Source: Bacteroidota bacterium
GTDB lineage: Bacteria; Bacteroidota; Bacteroidia; Cytophagales; Amoebophilaceae
Assembly (NCBI GenBank): GCA_024206165.1
Contig: JAAGZN010000600.1
Location: forward strand, 1-57,697
Length of the DNA: 57,697 bases
Reading direction: 5' to 3'
Below, one piece after another: positions 9,212 through 17,747 of this stretch. The position numbers were made by a program, and so were the translations under genes. Each line of letters begins with the position of its first letter. Positions within the stretch are counted from its first letter, which is position 1. Below the pieces are notes generated by a model. It was not told the DNA's origin. It saw only the letters and a program-made list of their open reading frames with translations, and ran no database searches.

Positions 9212-9731
9212 TTAATTCTTCCTCAGTCATGTCTATTCCTGTTTTTATTGTTCCACTGTGTTCTGTATGAGATGTATCTTTCCATTTTCCTTTACCTTGA
9301 TTAATCATCTTGAACTTAAGTGCATTGAAACTAGGTGGTATATATTTACCTTTTGTTACAATTCTTTTATGTACTACCTTAGTGCCTGTTTTTGGATCCA
9401 TCTTAATATCAACAATTTCAGTTTTTTCAGTAAGTTTAAAACCGCGTGCAAGTAAACTCATTTTGCTTTCCATTCGTTTTAAACTAGTTGCTTCTAATTC
9501 TTGTTTTTTTTTAATTCTCCCTCGTTTAAGAGAGTTCGCTAAGTTCGGGAACTCCGTTAACCATTCATAGAATCTAGTTTTGCCAACATGTAAAATATCT
9601 TTTGCAATGTCTTCATTTGTTGCACCTTGATGAGCATAATTTTCTATCAGTTTGTTATATTTTTCAGCGTTATATTTAGTTTTTCGTTTAGTTGTTTTTT
9701 TTATATTTTTTGTAACTGTTTTTGTTTGCAT
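9135..9731 (-). CDS. terS: Terminase small subunit (HTH-type), putative
   Basis: 198 aa, basic, immediately upstream of terL. HTH-like GATNEDIAKDILHVGKTRFYEWLTEFPNLANSLKRGR. Confidence 0.6.
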   Translation of the reverse strand: MQTKTVTKNIKKTTKRKTKYNAEKYNKLIENYAHQGATNEDIAKDILHVGKTRFYEWLTEFPNLANSLKRGRIKKKQELEATSLKRMESKMSLLARGFKLTEKTEIVDIKMDPKTGTKVVHKRIVTKGKYIPPSFNALKFKMINQGKGKWKDTSHTEHSGTIKTGIDMTEEELNAELRDIESKLKKAGYFSQDTQIRS

Positions 9732-9753
9732 AATTTTTCTCTTTTTAATTGCC

Positions 9754-10821
9754 TCAAGTGCAACTTGTAAACCACTGTAAATAAAGTTGATGAGCTATAT
9801 TAGCAATCATAAGAGGTGGTACACTCATTCCTATTATATATTGCACATTATTATCAACAAAAACATAATCCATTGGAAAAGAGCCTGCTAGTATTAACTC
9901 TTTATTACTCATCTTTCTTTTTTGCTTTGGATGATACAATGATGACCCACTTGCGATTGTATTTACTGGTCTGTTATACGCTAATTTTATTGAATTAAAA
10001 TGATGTCCTTTAGGGTGAATACTTGCTATTGAATATCCTTTTTGACAATCGTTATAAAGCTTAACTTCACTTTTTGAAACAGGCTTATAATTTTTGATAA
10101 TGCCCTCATCTATTTCTTTAAAAGTTCTAGTTTTTTCTTTAAATTTAAGAGAGAGTTTAGGCATTTTTAAATCTTTTCTACTGCTTATTATAAATACTCG
10201 TTGTCTTGATTGTGGTACTCCCATTAATGCACTATTTAAAAGAAATATTTGTGAGTTATAGCCTATTTTTTCAAAGTTTTTTATAATTTCAACTAAATAT
10301 CCTTTAGCATTACCACTAACTAAACCTTTCACATTTTCAGAGATTACAACCTTAGGCTTTAGTTTTTCTGCTAAATCTATAAAATCAAAGAACAGATCAC
10401 TTAATACTTGCTTTGCTTGTCCCTCTCTAAATCTTTTTTTCTTCCCCCATGTTTTTTCTCTTTGTCCTGACATAGAGAATGTTGAACAAGGTGGCGAACC
10501 ATCTAAAATATCTAATTCAAATAATTCTTTTGGCAAATCACTTCGTAATTTAAAAGTTTGGATACTCTCTAAAAAGCTATGTTTAGGCGCATGATTTGTT
10601 CTATATACTTTCATCATTTTAGGGTCAATTTCATTGCAACCTATAACATCATATCCAGCAAGTTTATATCCCATAGTAGAACCACCACCACAAGCAAAAC
10701 ATGAAAAAACTTTTAATTTATGGGGATTTACTCCGCTTACTTTGTAATTATCTTTAATATGCCATTTGTAATTAAACATAGACTTATTGGCTGAACTTGA
10801 ATTTGCATTTTGGACACTCAA
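9754..10821 (-). CDS. dcm: DNA (cytosine-5)-methyltransferase
   Basis: Motif I FSCFACGGGSTMGY, motif IV GSPPCSTFSMSG, motif VI ENVKGL, motif VIII QSRQRVFII. The true start may be MFNYKWH at 10779, which avoids the overlap with the ParB-like gene. Confidence 0.9.
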   Translation of the reverse strand: MSVQNANSSSANKSMFNYKWHIKDNYKVSGVNPHKLKVFSCFACGGGSTMGYKLAGYDVIGCNEIDPKMMKVYRTNHAPKHSFLESIQTFKLRSDLPKELFELDILDGSPPCSTFSMSGQREKTWGKKKRFREGQAKQVLSDLFFDFIDLAEKLKPKVVISENVKGLVSGNAKGYLVEIIKNFEKIGYNSQIFLLNSALMGVPQSRQRVFIISSRKDLKMPKLSLKFKEKTRTFKEIDEGIIKNYKPVSKSEVKLYNDCQKGYSIASIHPKGHHFNSIKLAYNRPVNTIASGSSLYHPKQKRKMSNKELILAGSFPMDYVFVDNNVQYIIGMSVPPLMIANIAHQLYLQWFTSCT

Positions 10822-11284
10822 TAGTTAAGTCCTCCTCAATATCATTAATATCAAGTTCTTTGTTTTCAAGGTTATCTTCAAATTGGCGGAAGATTTTTTT
10901 TAAATCATCAGTATCAAAACCGATTTCTTTTAAAAATTCCTCGCTATCTTCACCCAGCATTTCATAATCCCATACACCAGTGTTGAGATTGCTACGCCTT
11001 TGATATTCTTTTGCTTCTGATTTTGTTAATTTACGGTTAGGTACTCTTACATCTATAGTTTCTTCGCCTCTATCAATAAGTTTTAATACCATACACCTCT
11101 GATGCCCTGCTAAGATCATGTTGTCTGTATTAATTGCAGGTATTTCGGCAATATTAAATTTTTCAATAGATTCAGTAAGATGTTGCTTTTGTTTATCTGT
11201 GAGTATCCGTGGATTTTTAGGGTCAGCGATTAAATCATTGACCTTTCTTTGTTCGGTATGCCATTCTATATTTGGTTTATTCAT
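10784..11284 (-). CDS. ParB N-terminal (nuclease-like) domain protein
   Basis: 166 aa; LIADPKNPRILTD...IPAINTDNMILAGHQRC is the ParB/Srx box; C-terminal CPKCKFKF zinc knuckle. The ParB-like plus methyltransferase pairing is typical of phages. Confidence 0.75.
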   Translation of the reverse strand: MNKPNIEWHTEQRKVNDLIADPKNPRILTDKQKQHLTESIEKFNIAEIPAINTDNMILAGHQRCMVLKLIDRGEETIDVRVPNRKLTKSEAKEYQRRSNLNTGVWDYEMLGEDSEEFLKEIGFDTDDLKKIFRQFEDNLENKELDINDIEEDLTIECPKCKFKFSQ

Positions 11285-11479
11285 TGCCTAATTTCTCCTA
11301 TTACTTAAAGCATTTTCTTAGAAATAAAAAGTTTTAGTTGGTACACAATATGGGTCTAGGATACTGTCTACTGTCTAGGAAATAAGGCTTACCTTATATA
11401 AATGTTTTAGGAAGGAATTTTTATATTGTTTCTGTTCCTTTATGATTAGCACGTAGGAACTCAGTCAGGATTTTATCAG

Positions 11480-11686
11480 CTAATCCATGTAAAAGATTGC
11501 TAATATAAACTGCTGAATGATTAGTTTTGTCATGCCAATCCATTTTTTTTTCACCTCATTTGCTGTGCCTTCGCATTCAAAATTGCAAAATTTACATTTT
11601 TTATTGATAACCTGTTTGTCTATTTCTTTTCGGTTCAAATTATTCCTCCATATTATTTTATATATCACTTTTTCCATTTTGATCAA
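11480..11686 (-). CDS. Small hypothetical protein (uncertain; contains an A9 tract)
   Basis: GGAGG followed by TTG at about 11638 gives NRKEIDKQVINKKCKFCNFECEGTANEVKKKW... An overlapping +1 frame after the A9 run (11543-11551) encodes MDWHDKTNHSAVYISNLLHGLADKILTEFLRANHKGTETI. Confidence 0.3.
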   Translation of the reverse strand: MIKMEKVIYKIIWRNNLNRKEIDKQVINKKCKFCNFECEGTANEVKKKWIGMTKLIIQQFILAIFYMD

Positions 11687-11768
11687 ATATTTTTATAAAG
11701 TTTAAAAATTTGGGCTTTCATATTTACGTTTTAAACGATTATTTTGGGTCTCCTAATGCTTTTATACC

Positions 11769-12671
11769 TTAAAGCTTGTTTATTGCATTTTGTAAGTTCT
11801 GTCTATTCGTATGTATATATATTCTCGTCGTATTTAAGGAAGCATGACCTAATAATGTTTGAATGTCTACTAAATTTGCTCCCTCTTGTAATAATTTTGT
11901 TGCGAAAGTATGTCTAAATTTATGAGCCGATACTTTTTTTGTAAGACCTGCTTTTATTCCAAATTGCTTTACTACTTCTTGAGCCGATCGCTTCAAAAAT
12001 CTTTTTTTACTATGCACATTTATAAAGACAGCTTCATTTTTTATCTCAGTTGAAGGTCTTGCGTGTAACCACATATAAAGGATTTCTTCTGCTTCTTTTT
12101 TAAGAGGAATATGTCGCTCTTTATTTCCTTTTCCGATAATCCTTAAATATATATCTGCACCTTCTCTATGAATATCACTCATGTTAAGAGCAGAAAGCTC
12201 CTCTATTCTTATGCCTGTATAATATAAAAGAGTGATAATTGCATAGTCTCTTTTTCCTTGTAGCGTATTTATATTTCTTCTCGCTTCATTAAATATTCTA
12301 ATTCTTTCATTGTCTGTTAAATACTCAGGTTTTCTTTCTGGTATTTTTGGACTTTCAATGAACTCCATTGGATTTACCACTACTTTTTTTTCTCTCATAC
12401 AAAATCTAAAAAAAGATTTTAAAGTTGCTTGTTTTCTTAAAAGACCTCTGGCACTATAATTTCGATCTCGTTTTAAATAAAACAAAAACTCTTTAATATC
12501 TGAATCTTTTGCTTCTAAAATATCTTTTTTAAAAAAATCGTTAAAAAGGCTTAAATCACTCAAATATTCTTCAATCGTCCTTTTTGAGTAATTTTTCTCT
12601 ACTTCCATAAAAATCGCAAATTTGTTTATCATAGGACACCCACTGTAATTTTTGGTGAAAGAAAATAACAT
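11769..12671 (-). CDS. Tyrosine recombinase / phage integrase (XerC/D-like)
   Basis: 300 aa; N-terminal SAM-like core-binding domain. Catalytic region GIRIEEL, HKFRHTFATKLLQEGANLVDIQTLLGHASLNTTRIYIH (R..H-R-H..Y). The start is uncertain (12671 or MINKF at 12632). Confidence 0.9.
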   Translation of the reverse strand: MLFSFTKNYSGCPMINKFAIFMEVEKNYSKRTIEEYLSDLSLFNDFFKKDILEAKDSDIKEFLFYLKRDRNYSARGLLRKQATLKSFFRFCMREKKVVVNPMEFIESPKIPERKPEYLTDNERIRIFNEARRNINTLQGKRDYAIITLLYYTGIRIEELSALNMSDIHREGADIYLRIIGKGNKERHIPLKKEAEEILYMWLHARPSTEIKNEAVFINVHSKKRFLKRSAQEVVKQFGIKAGLTKKVSAHKFRHTFATKLLQEGANLVDIQTLLGHASLNTTRIYIHTNRQNLQNAINKL

Positions 12672-12766
12672 TTGATGAAAAGGTATGTTTTCTCATAAAA
12701 TTTATTGACCTCCACTTTATTAATCCACTCCTCTAAAAATAGAGCAGTTGTCTAGGATTTAAAAAG

Positions 12767-12811
12767 ATTATAGCATACTTTTATCTTTTCATCAAACATA
12801 TATTTGATGAA
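12767..12811 (-). promoter_or_regulatory. Near-consensus sigma70-type promoter for the integrase, with a palindrome over the -35
   Basis: Minus strand: TTGATG (12795-12790), 17 nt, TGcTATAAT (-10 at 12772-12767, extended TG). The palindrome TCATCAAAcatataTTTGATGA (12789-12810) overlaps the -35. The motif AAATCCTAGACAA follows at about +1 to +20. Confidence 0.55.
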
Positions 12812-12825
12812 AATAGCTTTTTTAA

Positions 12826-12870
12826 GCAAAAAAATAGCGAAGTCCTTTTTTGCAAGACCTCGCTTTTTAT
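12826..12870. terminator. Bidirectional intrinsic terminator
   Basis: Stem AGCGAAGTC (12836-12844) / GACCTCGCT (12856-12864), 9 bp with one mismatch, flanked by an A-run (12826-12835) and a T-run (12865-12869). Confidence 0.5.
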
Positions 12871-13000
12871 ATTCTGCCGCATCCAACCTTCTAAAATCAT
12901 TAATAGGATACAATCTTTTATTATTGGAGAAAAAACACCAGAAGAAATTGCCTTTGATATACAAAAGATAAATAGATTATTTCAAAGGAGACTTTAACCA

Positions 13001-13078
13001 ATGATAAATTTTATTAACTCACTCTCTTTATTAGTTGCTCTTATTATTATTTTGTTAATGATATTGAAATCTTTATAA
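13001..13078 (+). CDS. 25-aa hydrophobic peptide, the only plus-strand coding candidate (type I toxin-like)
   Basis: AAAGGAG (12984-12990), 10 nt, then ATG. Product MINFINSLSLLVALIIILLMILKSL has a single TM helix. It lies in an otherwise non-coding spacer, antisense to the 3' UTR of the leftward operon that ends at the 12826-12870 terminator. Confidence 0.35.
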   Translation: MINFINSLSLLVALIIILLMILKSL

Positions 13079-13139
13079 TGAAACAAATTAAATTGTTATT
13101 GTCATTTTCTGTCCATTTACTATTGGTCTATATATTTAT

Positions 13140-13493
13140 CTAAAATGCTGCTGCTCGTAATTTAGTAAAAGTTTGACTATCAGTAGTAGCAAGTAATTTT
13201 TTACCATTTTTAAACTTAGCAATAAAAGTAACTTCTTTCTTTTTTCCACCAAGAAGAAGTCCTGCTAATAAACCCAATGGACCTAAAAGAACACCACCCG
13301 CAACTCCCCAGCCAACTGTACCACCTAATTTTTTTACATTTTCTTCATCAGCAACTTCTACCATTTCCAATTCTGTAATAGGCACTACCTCCCCTATAAT
13401 ACTATGCTCTTTGGTTTTTAACATGAATGACCCCAAACTATACTGACTGTCTCCCTTTAAAAAATCTCCAGCATGGACTTTAACTTTTGCCAT
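13140..13493 (-). CDS. Hypothetical protein with a glycine-zipper membrane segment
   Basis: 117 aa; central GWGVAGGVLLGPLGLLAGLLLGG flanked by soluble beta-rich segments. No family recognised. Confidence 0.5.
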   Translation of the reverse strand: MAKVKVHAGDFLKGDSQYSLGSFMLKTKEHSIIGEVVPITELEMVEVADEENVKKLGGTVGWGVAGGVLLGPLGLLAGLLLGGKKKEVTFIAKFKNGKKLLATTDSQTFTKLRAAAF

Positions 13494-13553
13494 TTAGTTC
13501 CTCCTATTCATTCCCATTATGAACATTTGAAGGGAATATGTAATTTTTCTTTA

Positions 13554-14162
13554 TTACTCATCTATGACTTTGAGAATAGGAACACAACCTAAAAAAAGTA
13601 TTCCTATTTCTATAATAATACAGACTGATAGTACTTTATACTCTACATATCCGCCTATTGCATGTATTTTATGAGATAAACATATTCCAACTGCAAACAA
13701 TACTACACTTATAAATAAAAGTGCTGAAAATTGTTTTTTTATAAAATACTTAATTTTCTCTTTTTCCTTACTTATCTCATACCAATATTCGCTATGTGTC
13801 TTAAGTTCTTTATCTCCACCCTTAAAGCTTTCATCTAAAAACTTTCTTTTATCTTTAAGCTTTTTTTTATCAAAATCAATAATCCAAGTTGGATATGCAA
13901 TTATTATTTTACTATCTTTTAAAGATGTTTTTATAGCATTTATTGAAGATTGTAGACTTTGATTTTTAGAAATGAGAGCAACAATTATAATTGAAAAAAA
14001 TGCTGCATTTGCTTGGAGTAATGCACTGAAAAAATAAAAACTAGTAACATCTGAAAACAAATTAACGTTTTTTGGATAAATAAATTTTGAAGGTAAAAAT
14101 ATAATCATCACAATAATAAAGAGGAGCGTAACTATTATTATGTTTTTTAAATTCTTGCTCAT
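13554..14162 (-). CDS. Four-pass membrane protein, unknown function
   Basis: 202 aa; hydrophobic helices at about 8-24, 41-65, 146-165 and 175-197, with a charged ~80-aa loop between TM2 and TM3. Confidence 0.55.
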   Translation of the reverse strand: MSKNLKNIIIVTLLFIIVMIIFLPSKFIYPKNVNLFSDVTSFYFFSALLQANAAFFSIIIVALISKNQSLQSSINAIKTSLKDSKIIIAYPTWIIDFDKKKLKDKRKFLDESFKGGDKELKTHSEYWYEISKEKEKIKYFIKKQFSALLFISVVLFAVGICLSHKIHAIGGYVEYKVLSVCIIIEIGILFLGCVPILKVIDE

Positions 14163-14188
14163 ATTCTAATCCTTTAAGGGATATACCA

Positions 14189-15091
14189 TTATTTGTTTGT
14201 TATTATTTCAATTTTACCTTGACTCTGAATTTGTCTAATAAAACCTATATTTTCACTATATCCAGTATATCTTCTAAGCTCTGCAAAAAGGCCACCTATT
14301 CCATCTTGTACATAATTTAAGTATTTAACAATATTTCTAACCTCATACTCTATGGTAGGAGATTCAGGATGTACAATTTTATTTCTTTGACCTTTCAAAT
14401 CAAAAAATTTGGCTCTATATTTTGACTGCTTAAATTCTTCTTTGTTATTGACTGCAAATGTTGTCATCCAAGCTTCAAGTCTGTCTTCTATTGAACGCCT
14501 TGAATCTAATATCGCTATATTACCATAAGCCTTTTCGCTTAAAGGGATCTTATTTTTAACAAAAAAAGTATATCTATATAAAAACCAATCCACTAAGGAA
14601 ATACAACTTTGCAGATATGACCTATATCCTCTTGAAAATTTTTTAAAATCAGACTCATTATATGCTTTTATAACTTCTTCTCGATAATACAAAATATCAT
14701 CAACTAATGAAGTCTCAGGGGATTCTATATATCCTTCACCTTTTATGCTACTTGAATGATCCCCAAAATTAGATTCTATTTTTACTTTTATACCTTCGAC
14801 ACCATCATTTTTTATGCCTATATTTAAAGGTGTATTTAAAAAAATATCATTTGTATCGAACATAAATTGAAGCATATTGGCTTTTCCATTATGTCTTACA
14901 AATTCTACTTCTTTTTCAAGGTTTATTTTTATTACTTTAATACCATTATTGATTTCTATTGTTTTATTAAGCTCTTTTCTATGGGTTACAGGATATTTTA
15001 AAGACTTACATAATGATAATACATATTGCTCTGCTTTTGATTTCCCAACCTGAATATCTGTAACTTTTAACTTCAATTTATTTCTCTCCAA
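14189..15091 (-). CDS. Hypothetical protein with a C-terminal HEPN-like domain (Rx4H motif)
   Basis: 300 aa; helical C-terminal half contains LKGQRNKIVHPES. R236-N-K-I-V-H241 is encoded at 14386-14369 and was checked codon by codon; it is the RNxxxH form of the HEPN RNase motif. The N-terminal ~140 aa are unassigned. Confidence 0.4.
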   Translation of the reverse strand: MERNKLKLKVTDIQVGKSKAEQYVLSLCKSLKYPVTHRKELNKTIEINNGIKVIKINLEKEVEFVRHNGKANMLQFMFDTNDIFLNTPLNIGIKNDGVEGIKVKIESNFGDHSSSIKGEGYIESPETSLVDDILYYREEVIKAYNESDFKKFSRGYRSYLQSCISLVDWFLYRYTFFVKNKIPLSEKAYGNIAILDSRRSIEDRLEAWMTTFAVNNKEEFKQSKYRAKFFDLKGQRNKIVHPESPTIEYEVRNIVKYLNYVQDGIGGLFAELRRYTGYSENIGFIRQIQSQGKIEIITNK

Positions 15092-15106
15092 CTGACTAAA
15101 TATTAC

Positions 15107-15355
15107 TTAAACTTTAATCAAAAATAATTTTTGTTTTCTTGTTAAGTTTTTAATTCTTATTTCTTCTTTAAGGGCTTTGCTAAGACTAGAAAAGCCTTTA
15201 GACCATATTAATTTTACAGGGCTTCGTCCTCTTGTATATTTTGCCCCTTTCCCTTCATTATGTGCCTTAATTCTATTATCTAAATTTGTTGTGTATCCTG
15301 TATATATTGTTTCATCAGAACATTTAAGCATATACACATAATATTTTGCCTTCAT
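15107..15355 (-). CDS. GIY-YIG nuclease family protein (small, YhbQ-like)
   Basis: 82 aa; YYVYMLKCSDETIYTGYTTNLDNRIKAHNEGKGAKYTRGR is the GIY-YIG / UPF0213 signature. Confidence 0.85.
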   Translation of the reverse strand: MKAKYYVYMLKCSDETIYTGYTTNLDNRIKAHNEGKGAKYTRGRSPVKLIWSKGFSSLSKALKEEIRIKNLTRKQKLFLIKV

Positions 15356-15732
15356 TATATTTTTTTAACTCTACAGCCCTCAATTAAACTCTTTTTAGCA
15401 ATTTCATTAGTGAGATTAAGGGTTGATGGTTGTTTATCTTCCATATTTATTTTATTAAAAAGGTCTTTATTTTTATCTTTTTCCAAATAAAATCCAACTG
15501 CTGATTTATACTTTACATCCCAAAAACAATCATTATATTTTACTACGTCATCCTCATAAATATCTTTACCTGTTTGATCTTGAACTTCCGCCCATCTCAT
15601 TACAGGCTGATTATTTGCATGAGCAACAGCTAATATCCATGACGCATTTTCTTCCCCTTCTCTTGGACCAAAGACCATTTTTTCTTTAACTTTATTGAAT
15701 ATTCTAAGTTTTATTTTATCTGCTTCTATCAT
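15355..15732 (-). CDS. YopX-like phage protein (putative)
   Basis: 125 aa; EVQDQTGKDIYEDDVVKYN...WDVKY...GFYL resembles the YopX core (tGl.DknGkeIYEGDIv). Confidence 0.4.
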   Translation of the reverse strand: MIEADKIKLRIFNKVKEKMVFGPREGEENASWILAVAHANNQPVMRWAEVQDQTGKDIYEDDVVKYNDCFWDVKYKSAVGFYLEKDKNKDLFNKINMEDKQPSTLNLTNEIAKKSLIEGCRVKKI

Positions 15733-15752
15733 AACAACTTACTCCTTTACTA

Positions 15753-16913
15753 TTATGTCGTAAATATATCTATGTATTTTTTATATATATACGATTGAGC
15801 ATATTTTTTATTTTTATCTTTAGGAGTAAGTATTTCCATCTCTATAAATCTATCTATCATTATTTGTGTTCCTGCACGACTAAATCCTGTCCATTCCCTC
15901 AAAACTTTAGCATTAATAATAGGTTGTCTATATAATTTTGGCAGGACTTTCAAAGCACTTTCTGAGGCACGTTTGCCTAATTTGTGAATTTTAGCCATAT
16001 CTTGCTCTCGTAAAGCTGTAATATCTCCAACAATATCTATAGCTTCATTAGAAATTTCAATTACGCCATCAAGGAAAAAATCTATCCAGTCCTCCACCTT
16101 TCCATTGTGATAAGCCAGTAATTTTTCATAATATATTTGTTGATATTTTTTAAAATAAGAAGATATGAATAAAACAGGTTTTTCTAAAAATTTTTCTTTC
16201 CATAAATAAAAAGTAATAAGCATTCTTCCTGTTCGGCCATTCCCATCTAAAAAAGGATGGATTGTTTCAAATTGTGCATGAATAAGACCTGCTTTTATAA
16301 TTTTTGGGATTATATCATCGGAATGTAAAAATTTTTCAAGGTCATTCAAGGCTTGTATCATATCATAAGCAGGAGGAGGAACAAATCGAGCATTATCTGG
16401 TCTTGTTCCACCAATCCAGTTCTGACTTTTACGAAATTGACCAGGATCAGAGAAATGTGTTTGTCTTGCTTGAGTCATAAGTTCTTTATGTAACTCTTTT
16501 ATAAAACGGAGAGATATAGGGAAATTATCTTTAGAAACTCTTTTTATTCCATAATTAAGGGCTTTTATATAATGTAAAATATCGTCAACATCTGCTGGAA
16601 TATTTTTATTAAGCTGTACTTCTGCTTCAATAGCGTCTATCATTGTTGCCATAGTCCCTTCTATTTGACTTGAAGAGGCTGCGTCTTTTCTTAAATACAT
16701 AAGCAGAAAAAAATCACAATCAGGTAAAAATCTAGTAAGACCATCAAGCTTGCCTATTAATAATGTAGCTTGATTGTTTTTATTCATCAGCTTTGCATTA
16801 AAATTAAAACTAGGAGGAAACTTATCAGGAATAAAGGCTTTAAAGCCTTCTGGTTGATTTTTAAAAGTCCCTATTTTAATAATAGACATAGTTTGTTTAC
16901 ATCTCCTTTTCAA
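15753..16913 (-). CDS. Fic family protein (AMPylase-type) with N-terminal inhibitory helix and C-terminal wHTH
   Basis: Fic motif HPFLDGNGRTGRML; inhibitory (S/T)xxxE(G/N) motif SSSQIEGT. The likely start is MSIIKIGTF (16889). Confidence 0.85.
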   Translation of the reverse strand: MKRRCKQTMSIIKIGTFKNQPEGFKAFIPDKFPPSFNFNAKLMNKNNQATLLIGKLDGLTRFLPDCDFFLLMYLRKDAASSSQIEGTMATMIDAIEAEVQLNKNIPADVDDILHYIKALNYGIKRVSKDNFPISLRFIKELHKELMTQARQTHFSDPGQFRKSQNWIGGTRPDNARFVPPPAYDMIQALNDLEKFLHSDDIIPKIIKAGLIHAQFETIHPFLDGNGRTGRMLITFYLWKEKFLEKPVLFISSYFKKYQQIYYEKLLAYHNGKVEDWIDFFLDGVIEISNEAIDIVGDITALREQDMAKIHKLGKRASESALKVLPKLYRQPIINAKVLREWTGFSRAGTQIMIDRFIEMEILTPKDKNKKYAQSYIYKKYIDIFTT

Positions 16914-16963
16914 TGTACAGAAAGTATAATAGTTTCTTTACATTTAATCAACAATTTTCTATT

Positions 16964-17281
16964 TTACGCTGCCTTATCAAGCTTGTTAACATACAATAAT
17001 ACGTTTGCTTCATTATCATATTTTACGCCTGAAAAATCATATGACATATTATTTATTCCTTGTAAAAAAGCATTTTGTTCTGGCTTTACCTGTAATAAAT
17101 ACTTGATTAAATCTTTTACTTGTACAATATCGCAAGCTCCTTTATGTGTAGCATACATATCTATATCGCAATTATCATCTGTGTTGATTCCTAAAGCATG
17201 ATTTTTTCTTCCTAATTTTATCCATACTCTATTTTCTTGATTAACTCTTTCTAGTTTGGTTAAAAGTTCTATTACTTGCAT
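16964..17281 (-). CDS. Hypothetical phage protein
   Basis: 105-aa ORF, co-directional and tightly packed; no motif recognised. Confidence 0.5.
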   Translation of the reverse strand: MQVIELLTKLERVNQENRVWIKLGRKNHALGINTDDNCDIDMYATHKGACDIVQVKDLIKYLLQVKPEQNAFLQGINNMSYDFSGVKYDNEANVLLYVNKLDKAA

Positions 17282-17283
17282 TT

Positions 17284-17484
17284 TTAATTATCCTCCTTTG
17301 GAATTTTGCCGATAGCTTCACTTAATAATGAAGCCTTATTAAAACTATCTAAAATATATTCTGCCAATTCTTCTTTTGTGGCCACTTCTATCATATCCTT
17401 AATAACTTTCTCATTTTTATTGATTTCATTATTAAAATATTGGCATAAAACATTTGTAATTTTGTCTGTACAATATTTATTCAT
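17284..17484 (-). CDS. Hypothetical phage protein
   Basis: 66-aa ORF, 2 nt from the next gene; no motif recognised. Confidence 0.45.
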   Translation of the reverse strand: MNKYCTDKITNVLCQYFNNEINKNEKVIKDMIEVATKEELAEYILDSFNKASLLSEAIGKIPKEDN

Positions 17485-17532
17485 TTTACTATATTCCTCC
17501 TTATAAATTTTCTTAAAAATTAAGTATATACT

Positions 17533-17698
17533 TTATGATTCAGCATGAATTGCTTTTTTAACGCCTGATTTTCTCTCTTCGTTTGTTGCATGCTGCCAAC
17601 AATGATCACATACAACCTGATAACCATGTTCTTTTTCAAAATATACTTCACACCATGAACATTGAAACCCATTTATAATATCATCTGTTAGTCCGGTC
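17533..17698 (-). pseudogene. Frameshifted paralogue of the zinc-ribbon gene 20719..20910
   Basis: ATG at 17698 gives MTGLTDDIINGFQCSWCEVF then TGA. Shifting frame restores FEKEHGYQVVCDHCWQHATNEERKSGVKKAIHAES. DNA alignment to 20719..20910 shows 2 nt missing (tcaaaaCAtact vs tcaaaatact, near 17640). Confidence 0.7.
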
Positions 17699-17747
17699 AT
17701 TGTTTGCCTCCTTTGAAAAGTGAAAACAGTGTTTTCACAATTAAATT

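Noticed and set aside
12752-12964. Minus-strand 70-aa track ORF upstream of the integrase.
   Set aside because: It spans the integrase promoter, the palindrome and a bidirectional terminator, has no SD, and its translation has no features. It is more likely regulatory DNA.
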